From the NCBI GenBank assembly GCA_040386535.1, contig JAZKFH010000002.1:32001-96000 (forward strand): DNA of 64,000 nucleotides, read 5' to 3'. Position numbers and translations under genes: made by a program. Positions 1 to 8,556 of the stretch are shown piece by piece. Under the pieces are notes generated by a model. It ran no database searches and was not told the origin of the DNA. It saw only the letters and a list, made by a program, of their open reading frames with translations. Position 1 is the stretch's first letter. Each line of letters opens with the position of its first letter. The DNA comes from Myxococcota bacterium (GTDB lineage: Bacteria > Myxococcota_A > UBA796 > SXON01).

Positions 1-44
1 AGAGCCAGGGAACCGAGAAGCAGCTGGGGGCCGAGAAGCAGCAT
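1..44 (-). CDS. 5' fragment of a probable secreted protein running off the left edge
   Basis: ATG at 44 opens MLLLGPQLLLGSLA (signal-peptide-like); TTGACG-N18-TACCTT on the minus strand at 95-66. Confidence 0.35.
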   Translation of the reverse strand, partial: MLLLGPQLLLGSLA

Positions 45-161
45 CCGCGCGGGTACTCCGCGGCGAAGGTACGCCGGGGCGGCCGGCAGCGTCAACCAGG
101 GGCCTCCGCCATCGCGTCGGAACCGGCGCGCCGGCGGGAGCGCGGGTGGTTAGGCGGCCCC

Positions 162-821
162 GTGTCCTTGCGCTCTCCGATCTCCCGCGTCCGCGCCGCC
201 ACGTTCTTCGAGCCGCTCGCGGCCATGGTGCCAGAACCACGATGTGAGCTTGATTATCGCAATCCGTTCGAGCTCCTGATCGCCACCCAGCTCTCGGCCC
301 AGTCCACCGACGCGATGGTCAACCGGGTCACGCCGACGCTGTTCGAGCGGTGGCCGGACCCGCGCGCCCTCGCCGAAGCCGACCCCGCCGAGGTCGAGGG
401 CGTGCTGCGACCAACGGGGTTCTTCCGGCAAAAGACGAAGAACGCGATCGCCACGTCAAAGATCCTGGTGGAGCGCTTCGATGGGCAGGTCCCGCCGCGC
501 ATGGAGGATCTGGTCACGCTGCCGGGTGTGGCGCGAAAAACGGCGAACGTGGTGCTCGGCACGGCGTTCGGCGTGCAGAGCGGCGTCACGGTGGACACGC
601 ACGTGTTCCGTGTCACGCGGCGCTGGGGCTGGCACAAGGAGAAGACGCCGGAGAAGGTCGAGGCGCACCTGATGAAGCTCGTTCCGGAGCCGCAGTGGAG
701 CGACTTCGGGCACCGGGCGGTGCTGTTCGGCAGGTACCACTGCACCGCGCGGAAGCCCGCGTGCGAAGGGTGCGGGCTGCGCACGTTGTGTCCCGTGGGT
801 CGGGGCGACGCCGAACCGTAG
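162..821 (+). CDS. nth: Endonuclease III (HhH-GPD DNA glycosylase/AP lyase, 4Fe-4S)
   Basis: LIATQLSAQSTD, HhH LPGVARKTANVVL, VDTHV, C-terminal CTARKPACEGC-x5-CP cluster motif. Confidence 0.96.
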   Translation: MSLRSPISRVRAATFFEPLAAMVPEPRCELDYRNPFELLIATQLSAQSTDAMVNRVTPTLFERWPDPRALAEADPAEVEGVLRPTGFFRQKTKNAIATSKILVERFDGQVPPRMEDLVTLPGVARKTANVVLGTAFGVQSGVTVDTHVFRVTRRWGWHKEKTPEKVEAHLMKLVPEPQWSDFGHRAVLFGRYHCTARKPACEGCGLRTLCPVGRGDAEP

Positions 822-874
822 CAGCCGTGTCCGGACGCCGGATGCTGCGACCGCGGCGCGCTCATGGCTTCATT

Positions 875-902
875 ACTTGTCATAATATACCTTATCAGAA
901 GT
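875..902. other. dif-like XerC/XerD recombination site
   Basis: Minus strand ACTTCTGATAA-GGTATA-TTATGACAAGT: 11-6-11 layout with ATAA/TTAT inner inverted repeat, an AT-rich island in an intergenic gap. Confidence 0.75.
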
Positions 903-988
903 TGTGAGCCAGTGGGGAGGAGGGGCCCCCAGCGAAGCTCCCGCCCTTCCGGACCAGCCACGGTCCCGCCTCCGCTATACTTCCGCGG

Positions 989-2050
989 ATGTCGCCCCTC
1001 GCGCTCCTGCTGCTCTCCGCCTGCGGCCCCGACGCCGTGGCGTGGCGCGCGCAGAGCGTGGCGCTGTCGGTCGAGCCTGCGGTGCTCACGTTCCCCGCGA
1101 CCACCCCGGGCGCCACGTCCGGGGTGCCGGTGACCGTCACCAACCACGGCGACGCCTCGGCCATGCTTGAGGTCCATGCCCGGCCGCCGTTCGCGGCGGA
1201 CCGCACCGTGGTCGAGCTCGGCGCCGGCGCCTCCTTGACCCTGGGCGTGACCTACTCGCCGACCGGCTGGGCGCCATCGACCAGCTCGCTCGACCTCGTG
1301 GGCGATCCGGGCGCCGTGGTGGTGCTGGTCGGCACGATCGAGCCCGACGGCGACGGCGACGGCGCGGACGCCCCGGGTGCCGGCGGCGCGGACTGCGACG
1401 ATGCCGACGCCAGCGTGTTTCCCGGCGCGGTGGACGTGTGCGGCGACACGGTGGACGCGGACTGCGACCCCGTCGGCGACGATGACTGCGACGCCGATGG
1501 CTACCCCACGGGCGCGGACTGCGACGACGCCGACGCCACCGTGAACGCGGGCGCCGTGGAGACCGGGCCGAATGGCCGCGACGAGGACTGTGACGGGCGC
1601 ATCGACGAGGTGCTGGTGGTGCCCGGAGAGCTCGTGATCACCGAGCTCGCCCCCCAGGAGCCGCCGTGGATCGAGGTCTGCAACGTGTCGAACCGCACGA
1701 TCGCCCTCGACGGCTTCACCGTGGAGACGACCGCGGCCTCGGCGCCCCTGACGGCGCCCGGGTCGGCGGGCACGCTCGCCTCGGGCGATTGCGCCGCCGT
1801 CTGCGCGTCAGGGCTCGGGCTCTGCACGTTCGAGGCCGCGATGCGCTTCGATCCCACGCGGGACACGGTGGCGCTCGCGGTCGAGGGCCAGGTGCTCGAC
1901 ACCGTGAGCGTCGACCCGAGCTGGGACTGGGAGCCCGGCTGGGTGTGGTCGTTGGATCCTAGCGCGCTCACGGTCGAGGCGAACGACGACCGAAGCGCGT
2001 GGTGCCGGGGCGAGGGGAGCCGAGGCGCGCCGAACCCGACCTGCCCGTGA
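989..2050 (+). CDS. Lipoprotein: Ig-like (choice-of-anchor D-like) domain, MopE-type putative metal-binding repeats and lamin-tail-like domain
   Basis: Lipobox LLSAC; VTVTNHGDA Ig motif; DCDDADASVFPGA and DCDDADATVNAGA..DEDCDG; LVITE..WIEVCN; C-terminal WC..GSRGAPNPTCP. Confidence 0.75.
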   Translation: MSPLALLLLSACGPDAVAWRAQSVALSVEPAVLTFPATTPGATSGVPVTVTNHGDASAMLEVHARPPFAADRTVVELGAGASLTLGVTYSPTGWAPSTSSLDLVGDPGAVVVLVGTIEPDGDGDGADAPGAGGADCDDADASVFPGAVDVCGDTVDADCDPVGDDDCDADGYPTGADCDDADATVNAGAVETGPNGRDEDCDGRIDEVLVVPGELVITELAPQEPPWIEVCNVSNRTIALDGFTVETTAASAPLTAPGSAGTLASGDCAAVCASGLGLCTFEAAMRFDPTRDTVALAVEGQVLDTVSVDPSWDWEPGWVWSLDPSALTVEANDDRSAWCRGEGSRGAPNPTCP

Positions 2051-2090
2051 CTCCCCTGCCCGCGAACCCCCGCGCTGGCCCCGCCCGGTG

Positions 2091-3299
2091 TCAACGCCGC
2101 GGAGGCGACACCCAGTCCACGGGCTCGGCGGGGATGGTCCCCTCCCCTCCCCTGAACGCGTACAAGATGCCGCCGTTGCTCACGGCGTAGACCGTGTTGC
2201 CGTCGACCGCCGGCGGGCTCGAGATGCCCGTGAGCAGGAAGCCCGGATCGAAGGTCCACCGGAGGGCGCCCGTGGTGGGATCCACGAGGTACATGCTGCC
2301 TTCGCTGCTGGCGACGAGCAGGCCCTGGGCCGTGGGGATGGGCCGGGAGATCGAGCCGCCGGTCACCGAGTCCCACTCCCACACCACGTTGCCGCTCTTC
2401 GCGTCGATGCGGCGCAGGACGCCGTCGGGGCCGCCGTGCCAGAGGGTCTCCCCTTCGAGCGTGAAGGGCGAGGAGCTGCCGATGTCCAGGCGCCACTGGA
2501 CGGCGCGCGTGGTCGGGTCGAGGCTCACGAGTGGCTCGGAGTAGCCCCCGACGACCACGCTGCTCCCGACGGGCTGCGGCGGCGCGATGAGGTCGGGGTA
2601 GAGGCCCTCGCCGATCGACGCCGACCAGCGCGGAGACCCGTCGGCGGCGCCGAGACCCACCAGGAAACCGTCGGAGAAGCCCACGAAGACCGTGCCGTCC
2701 GCGACGACCGGCGACGGGGCGCCGAACAGCTCGAGCTCGGCCGAACGCACGGACTCGAGCTTGTGCGCGTGGCGCCACTTCAGCGCGCCCGTCGTCGCGT
2801 CGAGGGCGTACACGAGGTCATCGACGTTCGTGATGTAGACCACGCCGTCCACCACGGTCGGCGACGAGAGGATGGGCGCGCCGGAGAAGTGGGTCCACGC
2901 GGGCAGGCCGACCTCGAGGCGGTCCCGGAGGAACGCCGACGTATAGCCCGCGGCATCGGTGACGTAGAGGATGTCCTTGGTGAGGACGGGGGCCGTCACC
3001 ACGGCGGCTTGCGTCGGGAGCTGGTAGACCAGCGCGCCATCGCGCCGATCGAGGACCAGCAGCCCGCTCACGCCGCTGTAGCCGACGTAGATGTAGCGCT
3101 CGTCCACCACGGGCCCCGCGGTTTCGGTGCGCGTGGCGGTGTTGGGGGGCGCGCCGGGCAGGCGGCGCTCCCAGAGCAGGAGCGGCGCGGAGTCGAGCGT
3201 CGTGCCCGGCGTCGGAAACGCGGGGTTCGGCGCCTCGTAGGCGAGCCCGGACGCGAGGAGCGCCGCGTAGAAATACCCGCCGGCGAGCGGCGCGTTCAA
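2091..3299 (-). CDS. PQQ-like beta-propeller protein, BamB-like
   Basis: Repeated SSPxVxDGxVY..ALDxxTGxxxW blades; lies directly downstream of a YfgM-like gene (4-bp overlap), mirroring yfgM-bamB synteny. Confidence 0.8.
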   Translation of the reverse strand: MNAPLAGGYFYAALLASGLAYEAPNPAFPTPGTTLDSAPLLLWERRLPGAPPNTATRTETAGPVVDERYIYVGYSGVSGLLVLDRRDGALVYQLPTQAAVVTAPVLTKDILYVTDAAGYTSAFLRDRLEVGLPAWTHFSGAPILSSPTVVDGVVYITNVDDLVYALDATTGALKWRHAHKLESVRSAELELFGAPSPVVADGTVFVGFSDGFLVGLGAADGSPRWSASIGEGLYPDLIAPPQPVGSSVVVGGYSEPLVSLDPTTRAVQWRLDIGSSSPFTLEGETLWHGGPDGVLRRIDAKSGNVVWEWDSVTGGSISRPIPTAQGLLVASSEGSMYLVDPTTGALRWTFDPGFLLTGISSPPAVDGNTVYAVSNGGILYAFRGGEGTIPAEPVDWVSPPRR

Positions 3300-4069
3300 C
3301 CCGCGCTCCCCGCGCGGGCTTCGAGCGCGGCGACCTCACCCGTGCGGGGCGACTGGGGGAACCGCTGCTTGAACTCGGCGATGACGAGCTTAGCGTCGGC
3401 CTGGCGGCCGGCGGCGATCTGCGCGTCCGCCAGGAGGATCAACGAGCGCTCGGCGTAGAAGCCCTCGAAGCGTCCGGCCATGTCCCGGTAGAGCGCGAGC
3501 GCCTCGTCGGTCTTGCCGGCGTCGATGAGGGCCGCCGCGTAGGCCGCGCCGGCGGTGTAGCCGGGGAGGTCCTTGGCGCCGACTTCGGAGGCCTTCTGCA
3601 GGACGATCATGACCTGGTCGGGCTTGTCGACGCGCTCCCAGGCGTCAGCCGCCTTGAGGTACGCGTAGACGGCGGCCGCGCCGTGCGACTCGTCCCCCAC
3701 CGCCGTGTAGCGGCGCGCGCCCTCTTCGACGTTGGCCATGCGCGCGGCATCGGTCTTGTCGTCCATCGGCGCGAGGCCGAACTGGGCGAGCTGCTCGACC
3801 TTCGGCATCTTGAAGTCGATGCGCGAGATGGAGGCGAACTCCTCGGCTTCCCGCGAGGTCAGCCAGGAGGTGACTCCGCCGTAGACGAGGGTGCCGAGCA
3901 GCAGGAGGCCCACCAGGTACCCGAAGTACTTGGCGTTTCCAAGGAGGAAGTCGCTGAAGGCCATCTGGAGCCGGAACAGCTGGTCCTGCTCGACGGGCGC
4001 CGCGCCTTCCACCGGAGGGGCCTTGGTGCCCGGTTCGTCTTCTTTAGTGGTGTCGGTGGTGTCGGCCAA
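3296..4069 (-). CDS. Single-TM TPR protein, YfgM-like
   Basis: N-terminal TM (YLVGLLLLGTLVYGG), helical TPR-like repeats, C-terminal QRFPQSP; TTG start. Confidence 0.7.
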   Translation of the reverse strand: MADTTDTTKEDEPGTKAPPVEGAAPVEQDQLFRLQMAFSDFLLGNAKYFGYLVGLLLLGTLVYGGVTSWLTSREAEEFASISRIDFKMPKVEQLAQFGLAPMDDKTDAARMANVEEGARRYTAVGDESHGAAAVYAYLKAADAWERVDKPDQVMIVLQKASEVGAKDLPGYTAGAAYAAALIDAGKTDEALALYRDMAGRFEGFYAERSLILLADAQIAAGRQADAKLVIAEFKQRFPQSPRTGEVAALEARAGSAG

Positions 4070-4090
4070 TCGAGGACTCCGAAGGGCCGC

Positions 4091-4119
4091 GGATTATGCG
4101 GTGGGCGGCCCGGCGTCAA
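4091..4119 (-). promoter_or_regulatory. Putative sigma70-type promoter for the yfgM-bamB-like pair
   Basis: TTGACG-N17-TAATCC on the minus strand, inside the 3' end of the upstream gene. Confidence 0.5.
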
Positions 4120-5287
4120 CGTCGGTGCGGGCGTCGTCACGCGCGCGCTCCAACGCGGCGTACCACGCGGACACGCCATCGAGGCCGAGCGGGTCGACGT
4201 CGAGGAAGAGGCTGGCGGTCACCGCCGCGTGTTCGGCGAGGAACATGGCCGCTCCGAGTGAGCGCGCATCGAGGCCCGGGAGCCGCACCCGGAGGTAGGG
4301 GACGTTCTCTCGGTCGAGCAGCGTCTGGAGCGCCCGGGACTGGACGACCGCCTCCGCGGCTCCCCTCCCCGACTCTCCGTCGGTCACGTCCCAGAGGGAC
4401 ACGTGCTTGTCGCGCGGGCCGAGCAGGAGGACCTGGATGAGCTCCTCGTCCCCGACGATGCCCGACACGCCCGCGGCGCCCTGGTGCCGCATGACGCCCT
4501 CGACCGGGACGGAGTCGGCCAGCACGGCGCCCCACATGCGCACGAGCCAGCGGGTGAACGCCTCGAGGCGACCCGACGTGGCGATGTGCACCGGGATCGA
4601 CACCCCGAGGTCACGCTCGAGGAAGACAGTCGTGAGCGCGAACGTGTAGGCGGGGTTCTCGAAGAGCGCCGGGCGCTCGCACGCCTCGACCATGTCGCGC
4701 GCGCCGAGGTGCACGGCCTCGATGTCGACACCGGCCCACGCGGCGCACACCGCCGCGGCGGCGCCGAGCCCGCCGAAGCGACCGTCGCCCGCGACGGGGT
4801 CCGAGATCCACCAGCCGTTGGGGGGCGCGTCGTGGGTGCCGGCCCCCGCCATGGCGACGACGCGGCCCTGCCCGACGGCCCACTCCGCGACCTGGTCCAC
4901 CCAGGCCGGGCCCTCCAGCACGAGCCAGGCCACGTCCGGCGTATCCAGCGCGTCGAGCGTGGCGCTGTCGGGGCTGGAGACCCAGCGGGGCGACTCCACG
5001 CCTAGCGCCTCCGTGATGGCGCGGAGCGCGGCGATCGCGCCGGGCTGGCCGACCACAGCGAGCCGGGGCGCGCGACGGCGTAGCTCCGCCGCGATCTCGC
5101 GCGCGGCGGCGAGCTCGGCTTCGTCCGGCAGCTGGAGGTGGGGCCAACGCCCCGCCCCCGCGCCGGCGCGTACCACCTCGTGAACCTCGCGCAGACGGCC
5201 CAGGCCCGAGAGCAGGCGCCTACGACCGAGCCCACGTCCTTCCTTCCGGAGGAGGTGCGAGACCTCGACCACCACGTTGCGAATCAC
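4094..5287 (-). CDS. Degenerate glucose-6-phosphate isomerase homolog (probable pseudoenzyme)
   Basis: DGRFGGL..AAWAGVDI...GARDM...ENPAY, GPRDK, LPGLDARSLG and DPL..GV match the PGI scaffold; start reassigned to GTG 5287 in the 4094..6217 frame. Confidence 0.7.
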   Translation of the reverse strand: MIRNVVVEVSHLLRKEGRGLGRRRLLSGLGRLREVHEVVRAGAGAGRWPHLQLPDEAELAAAREIAAELRRRAPRLAVVGQPGAIAALRAITEALGVESPRWVSSPDSATLDALDTPDVAWLVLEGPAWVDQVAEWAVGQGRVVAMAGAGTHDAPPNGWWISDPVAGDGRFGGLGAAAAVCAAWAGVDIEAVHLGARDMVEACERPALFENPAYTFALTTVFLERDLGVSIPVHIATSGRLEAFTRWLVRMWGAVLADSVPVEGVMRHQGAAGVSGIVGDEELIQVLLLGPRDKHVSLWDVTDGESGRGAAEAVVQSRALQTLLDRENVPYLRVRLPGLDARSLGAAMFLAEHAAVTASLFLDVDPLGLDGVSAWYAALERARDDARTDVDAGPPTA

Positions 5288-5320
5288 CGCGTGCCTCCGA
5301 ACCGTCGTCCCATTCCGTGA

Positions 5321-5361
5321 ACCGAACTGCCTGGACCGAACTGCCTTGACCGAACCTGCTG
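5321..5361. repeat. About 3x 14-bp tandem repeat (ACCGAACTGCCTKG), third copy degenerate
   Basis: accgaactgcctgg accgaactgccttg accgaacctgctg in the intergenic gap. Confidence 0.75.
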
Positions 5362-5385
5362 CGTACCGTCGCGCTACGAGCCCCG

Positions 5386-7107
5386 TCAGGGGCAGGCGAG
5401 CGTGATGGTCTCCGGGCGGCCGACCGCCTTGAACTTGATCTCTTTCGGCAGGTTGCAGGTACTTCCGTCCGTACCCACCAGCTTGAACTGCCGCACCCCT
5501 TCGCTCACCTGCACGGTGACCGGCATCGGCCCCATGTCGTGCCCGTCGACCACCACGCGGAAGCCGTCCGGCCCGTACACGTTCACCTGCCCGGTCACGA
5601 CATCGGGCTTGAGGTTGAACGGCACCGTGAGCTCGCGGACGCGGATGTTCACGTCGCGCACCTCGGTCTTGTACCCGGCGCGCACGACGCGCACCTGGTG
5701 GGCGCCGTAGGGCAGCTCGATGGTCACCGGGGTCTTGCCCTTCGCGGCCTCGTTCACGTAGACGGTGGCGCCGTCCGGATCGGTCACGATGCGCAGGAAG
5801 CCCGATGTGGGCGCCGTGGGGGTGCCCCAGACGCTGTCGGACGTGACGGAGGACGCCCCCGCGTCGGCCGTGACCGGGCTGGTCGTGCCGCCGCGCGTGC
5901 CGCTCGGTGCCGCGGGCGGGGTGTCTCGCGGGGTCGCGGCGGTCGCGCCCGTGGTCGTGCTCGTGCCGCGAGACGTCGTCGTGGTCGTTGTTGTCGTCGT
6001 CCGGCTCACCGGGGCGGCCGCGGTGGTCGTCGTGGCGGCGGGGACGGCGACCGGCTCGACCGCGGCTTCGACCGGCGCGTCCTCCACCGGAGCGGCTTCG
6101 ACCGGCACGACCGGCACGACCGGCGCGGGCTCGGCGGCGGCCGGGAGCACCTTGGTCGACGCGACCGGCGCGGGCTCGCGGCCGGCCGTGGTGTCGTCGT
6201 CGCTCGACATGGTCCACCAGAGGCCGACCGCGGCGACCAGGAGGAACGCGCCGAGGGCCAGCAGGCCGAGCAGCGCGACGCCGATGCCGGCGCCGCCGCC
6301 CTTCTTGCGGGCGGGCTCGTCGTCGAGGACCGAGCGCCCCGCGGGCGGATCCGCCGGGTAGGCCGTGTACATCGGTACCGTGGCCTTGCCGTCCTCGCTC
6401 TCCGCGGCGAGCGGCGCGTGGAACTTGACGGGCGGCGCGCCTCCGGTGGGTGCGTCGGCGGGGCCGGGCGGCGCCTGGAAGGCGGAGGCGAGGTCGCTCA
6501 TCGCGTCCGCGTCCAGCTCCGACGATGCCGGGGACGAGGTCACCGGGGGCGGCGGGGGCGCGGACATCGGCACGATGGTGCCGCTCGCCGAGACGATCGG
6601 TGCCGGCAGGTCGACGGGCGGCGGCGCGAGGTCCGCGGGAGGAGCGGGGGCCGCCCTGTGTGCCGGCGCGGTGCGCTCTTCGTAGTCGGGAACGGGCGCG
6701 GCGGGCTCGACCGGAGCCGCGACGGGGGCGGTTTCTTCCGGCGCAGGCACGACGTCAGCAGCGGGCGCGACCTCCACCGGGGCGACAGCGGCCGGCTCGA
6801 CCGGCGGAGCCACGGGCGGAATCGAGACCGGGGAAACGGGCGCGGGCGGCGCGACCACGACCGGAGGGGTGGGCGCGGCAAAACGCGAGAGGCGGGCCGG
6901 CTCCGGGAGATCGGCGCCGGAGACCATCCGCGCCTCGGGAGCATCGTAGGAGGAGGTGGACGACGCCGGCGCGGACACGGGCGGGCGGGGAGCGCTCGCA
7001 CGGGGCGGCGGCGGCTTCGGTTCGTACGCAACGAGCGGCACGCCGTCGTTGAAACAGAACTCGATCCAGTCCTCGTAGGTGCTCTGGCAGATCGGACAGG
7101 CCTTCAT
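5386..7107 (-). CDS. Membrane protein: N-terminal Zn-ribbon, Pro/Ala-rich linker, TM, Thr-rich stalk, PEGA domain(s)
   Basis: MKACPICQSTY..FCFNDGVPL; TM GIGVALLGLLALGAFLLVAAVGLWW; PEGA LRIVTDPDGATVYVN..GKTP..GAHQVRV..GY. Confidence 0.8.
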   Translation of the reverse strand: MKACPICQSTYEDWIEFCFNDGVPLVAYEPKPPPPRASAPRPPVSAPASSTSSYDAPEARMVSGADLPEPARLSRFAAPTPPVVVAPPAPVSPVSIPPVAPPVEPAAVAPVEVAPAADVVPAPEETAPVAAPVEPAAPVPDYEERTAPAHRAAPAPPADLAPPPVDLPAPIVSASGTIVPMSAPPPPPVTSSPASSELDADAMSDLASAFQAPPGPADAPTGGAPPVKFHAPLAAESEDGKATVPMYTAYPADPPAGRSVLDDEPARKKGGGAGIGVALLGLLALGAFLLVAAVGLWWTMSSDDDTTAGREPAPVASTKVLPAAAEPAPVVPVVPVEAAPVEDAPVEAAVEPVAVPAATTTTAAAPVSRTTTTTTTTTSRGTSTTTGATAATPRDTPPAAPSGTRGGTTSPVTADAGASSVTSDSVWGTPTAPTSGFLRIVTDPDGATVYVNEAAKGKTPVTIELPYGAHQVRVVRAGYKTEVRDVNIRVRELTVPFNLKPDVVTGQVNVYGPDGFRVVVDGHDMGPMPVTVQVSEGVRQFKLVGTDGSTCNLPKEIKFKAVGRPETITLACP

Positions 7108-7125
7108 CAGCAATCCTGGAGGGCG

Positions 7126-7158
7126 GACATCTGGGAGACATCTGGAAGACATCTGGGA
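7126..7158. repeat. 3x 11-bp tandem repeat GACATCTGGRA
   Basis: GACATCTGGGA GACATCTGGAA GACATCTGGGA, about 20 bp upstream of the ATG at 7107. Confidence 0.85.
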
Positions 7159-7350
7159 GATCAGGAACAGCCCGGCCGATCAGCACGGGGCGCGGGCCCA
7201 ACGATATCCGAAATGGGGACCCCGTGGGTGCCGGGGGTCCGGATGACGGGCCAAATCCGGCGCGGAGAGCGATCTCCTGACATCGAAGCGGCTGCCCGCG
7301 CTCGTCCGGATCGATCCCGGCAGGAGACCCTCGCGGCGCGGCGCGCGCGC

Positions 7351-8493
7351 TCACCCCCCGTGGGTGCGACGGAGGTGACGCGCGATGACGACGCGCTGCA
7401 CCTGGTTCGTGCCCTCCACGATCTGCATCACCTTGGCGTCCCGCATCAGCCGTTCGACCGGGTACTCGCGGGTGTATCCGTAGCCGCCGAGCACCTGCAC
7501 GGCGTCCGTCGTCACGGCCATCGCCGTGTCGGTGCTGACACACTTCGCCATCGCCGCGATGTGCGAGAACACGTGGCCGTGGTCCTTGAGCCACGCGGCC
7601 TTGTGCACGAGCAGACGCGACGTCTCCACCTTGCACGCCATGTCCGCGAGCATGAAGCCGACCCCCTGAAAGTCGATGATCGGGGTGTCGAACTGCTTGC
7701 GCGTGCACGCGTAGGACGCCGCGACGTCGAGCGCGGCCTGGGCGATGCCGACCGACGTGGCGCCGATGGTGATGCGGCCCGAGTCCAGCGCGCTCATCGC
7801 CACCCGGAAGCCGACGCCTTCGCGATCGAGGAGGTTCTCGGCGGGGACACGGGCACCTTCGAGGATCATCTCGACGGTCGGAGAGGCGCGGAGGCCCATC
7901 TTCTCTTCCTTCTTGCCGAAGGAGAGGCCGGGGGTGTTCGCCGGCACGAGGAACGCGCTCACGCCGCCCGCGCCGGGGCCGCCCGTGCGCGCCATCACCA
8001 CGTAGATGTCCGCGTAGCCGCCGTGCGTGATCCAGAACTTCGTGCCGTCGAGCACGTACTCGTCGCCCTCGCGGCGCGCGGTGGTGCGCAGCGACGCCGC
8101 GTCGGAGCCGCTGCCCGGCTCGGAGAGCGCGAAGGCGCCGAGCAGCTCGCCCGCCGCGAGGCCCGGCATCCAGCGCTTCTTCTGCGCCTCGTTGCCGTAG
8201 AGCGCCAGGATCACCTGCGGGAGCCCGCTCACCGCCACGCTCACCGCGTACGCGGGCGAGACCTTCGCGATCTCCTCGAGCACCAACGTGTACTCCACGT
8301 ACCCGAGGCCGAGCCCGCCGTATTCCTCCGCCGTTTGCACGCCGCAGAGCCCGGCGGCGCCGAGCTGGTGGAACAGGTCCTTGCGGTAGTGCTCCTTCTC
8401 GTCGTCCTCCTTCACGGTGGGCGCGAGGATCTCCTGGGCCGCGCTCCGGGCGGCCTCCACCAACGACTGCTGCTCTTCGGAGAGGACGAACAT
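7351..8493 (-). CDS. Acyl-CoA dehydrogenase (short/branched-chain type)
   Basis: GAFALSEPGSGSD, GTKFWIT, KMGLRASPT, R-x-QF, QVLGGYGY, IVEGTNQVQR. Confidence 0.95.
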   Translation of the reverse strand: MFVLSEEQQSLVEAARSAAQEILAPTVKEDDEKEHYRKDLFHQLGAAGLCGVQTAEEYGGLGLGYVEYTLVLEEIAKVSPAYAVSVAVSGLPQVILALYGNEAQKKRWMPGLAAGELLGAFALSEPGSGSDAASLRTTARREGDEYVLDGTKFWITHGGYADIYVVMARTGGPGAGGVSAFLVPANTPGLSFGKKEEKMGLRASPTVEMILEGARVPAENLLDREGVGFRVAMSALDSGRITIGATSVGIAQAALDVAASYACTRKQFDTPIIDFQGVGFMLADMACKVETSRLLVHKAAWLKDHGHVFSHIAAMAKCVSTDTAMAVTTDAVQVLGGYGYTREYPVERLMRDAKVMQIVEGTNQVQRVVIARHLRRTHGG

Positions 8494-8556
8494 GGCGGGC
8501 TCCGGTCGGGGCGCGCCTTAACCGCTCGGCGGAGCCGCACGGCGCCCGGAGTCGCC

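Noticed and set aside
5288..6217. N-terminal extension of the 707-aa ORF 4094..6217
   Set aside because: Out-of-frame overlap with the PEGA gene; PGI-like similarity begins only near 5287
7126..7158. 11-bp repeats as a CRISPR remnant or CarH-type operator
   Set aside because: No spacers or cas genes; the sequence does not fit the CarH-type repeat pattern as I recall it
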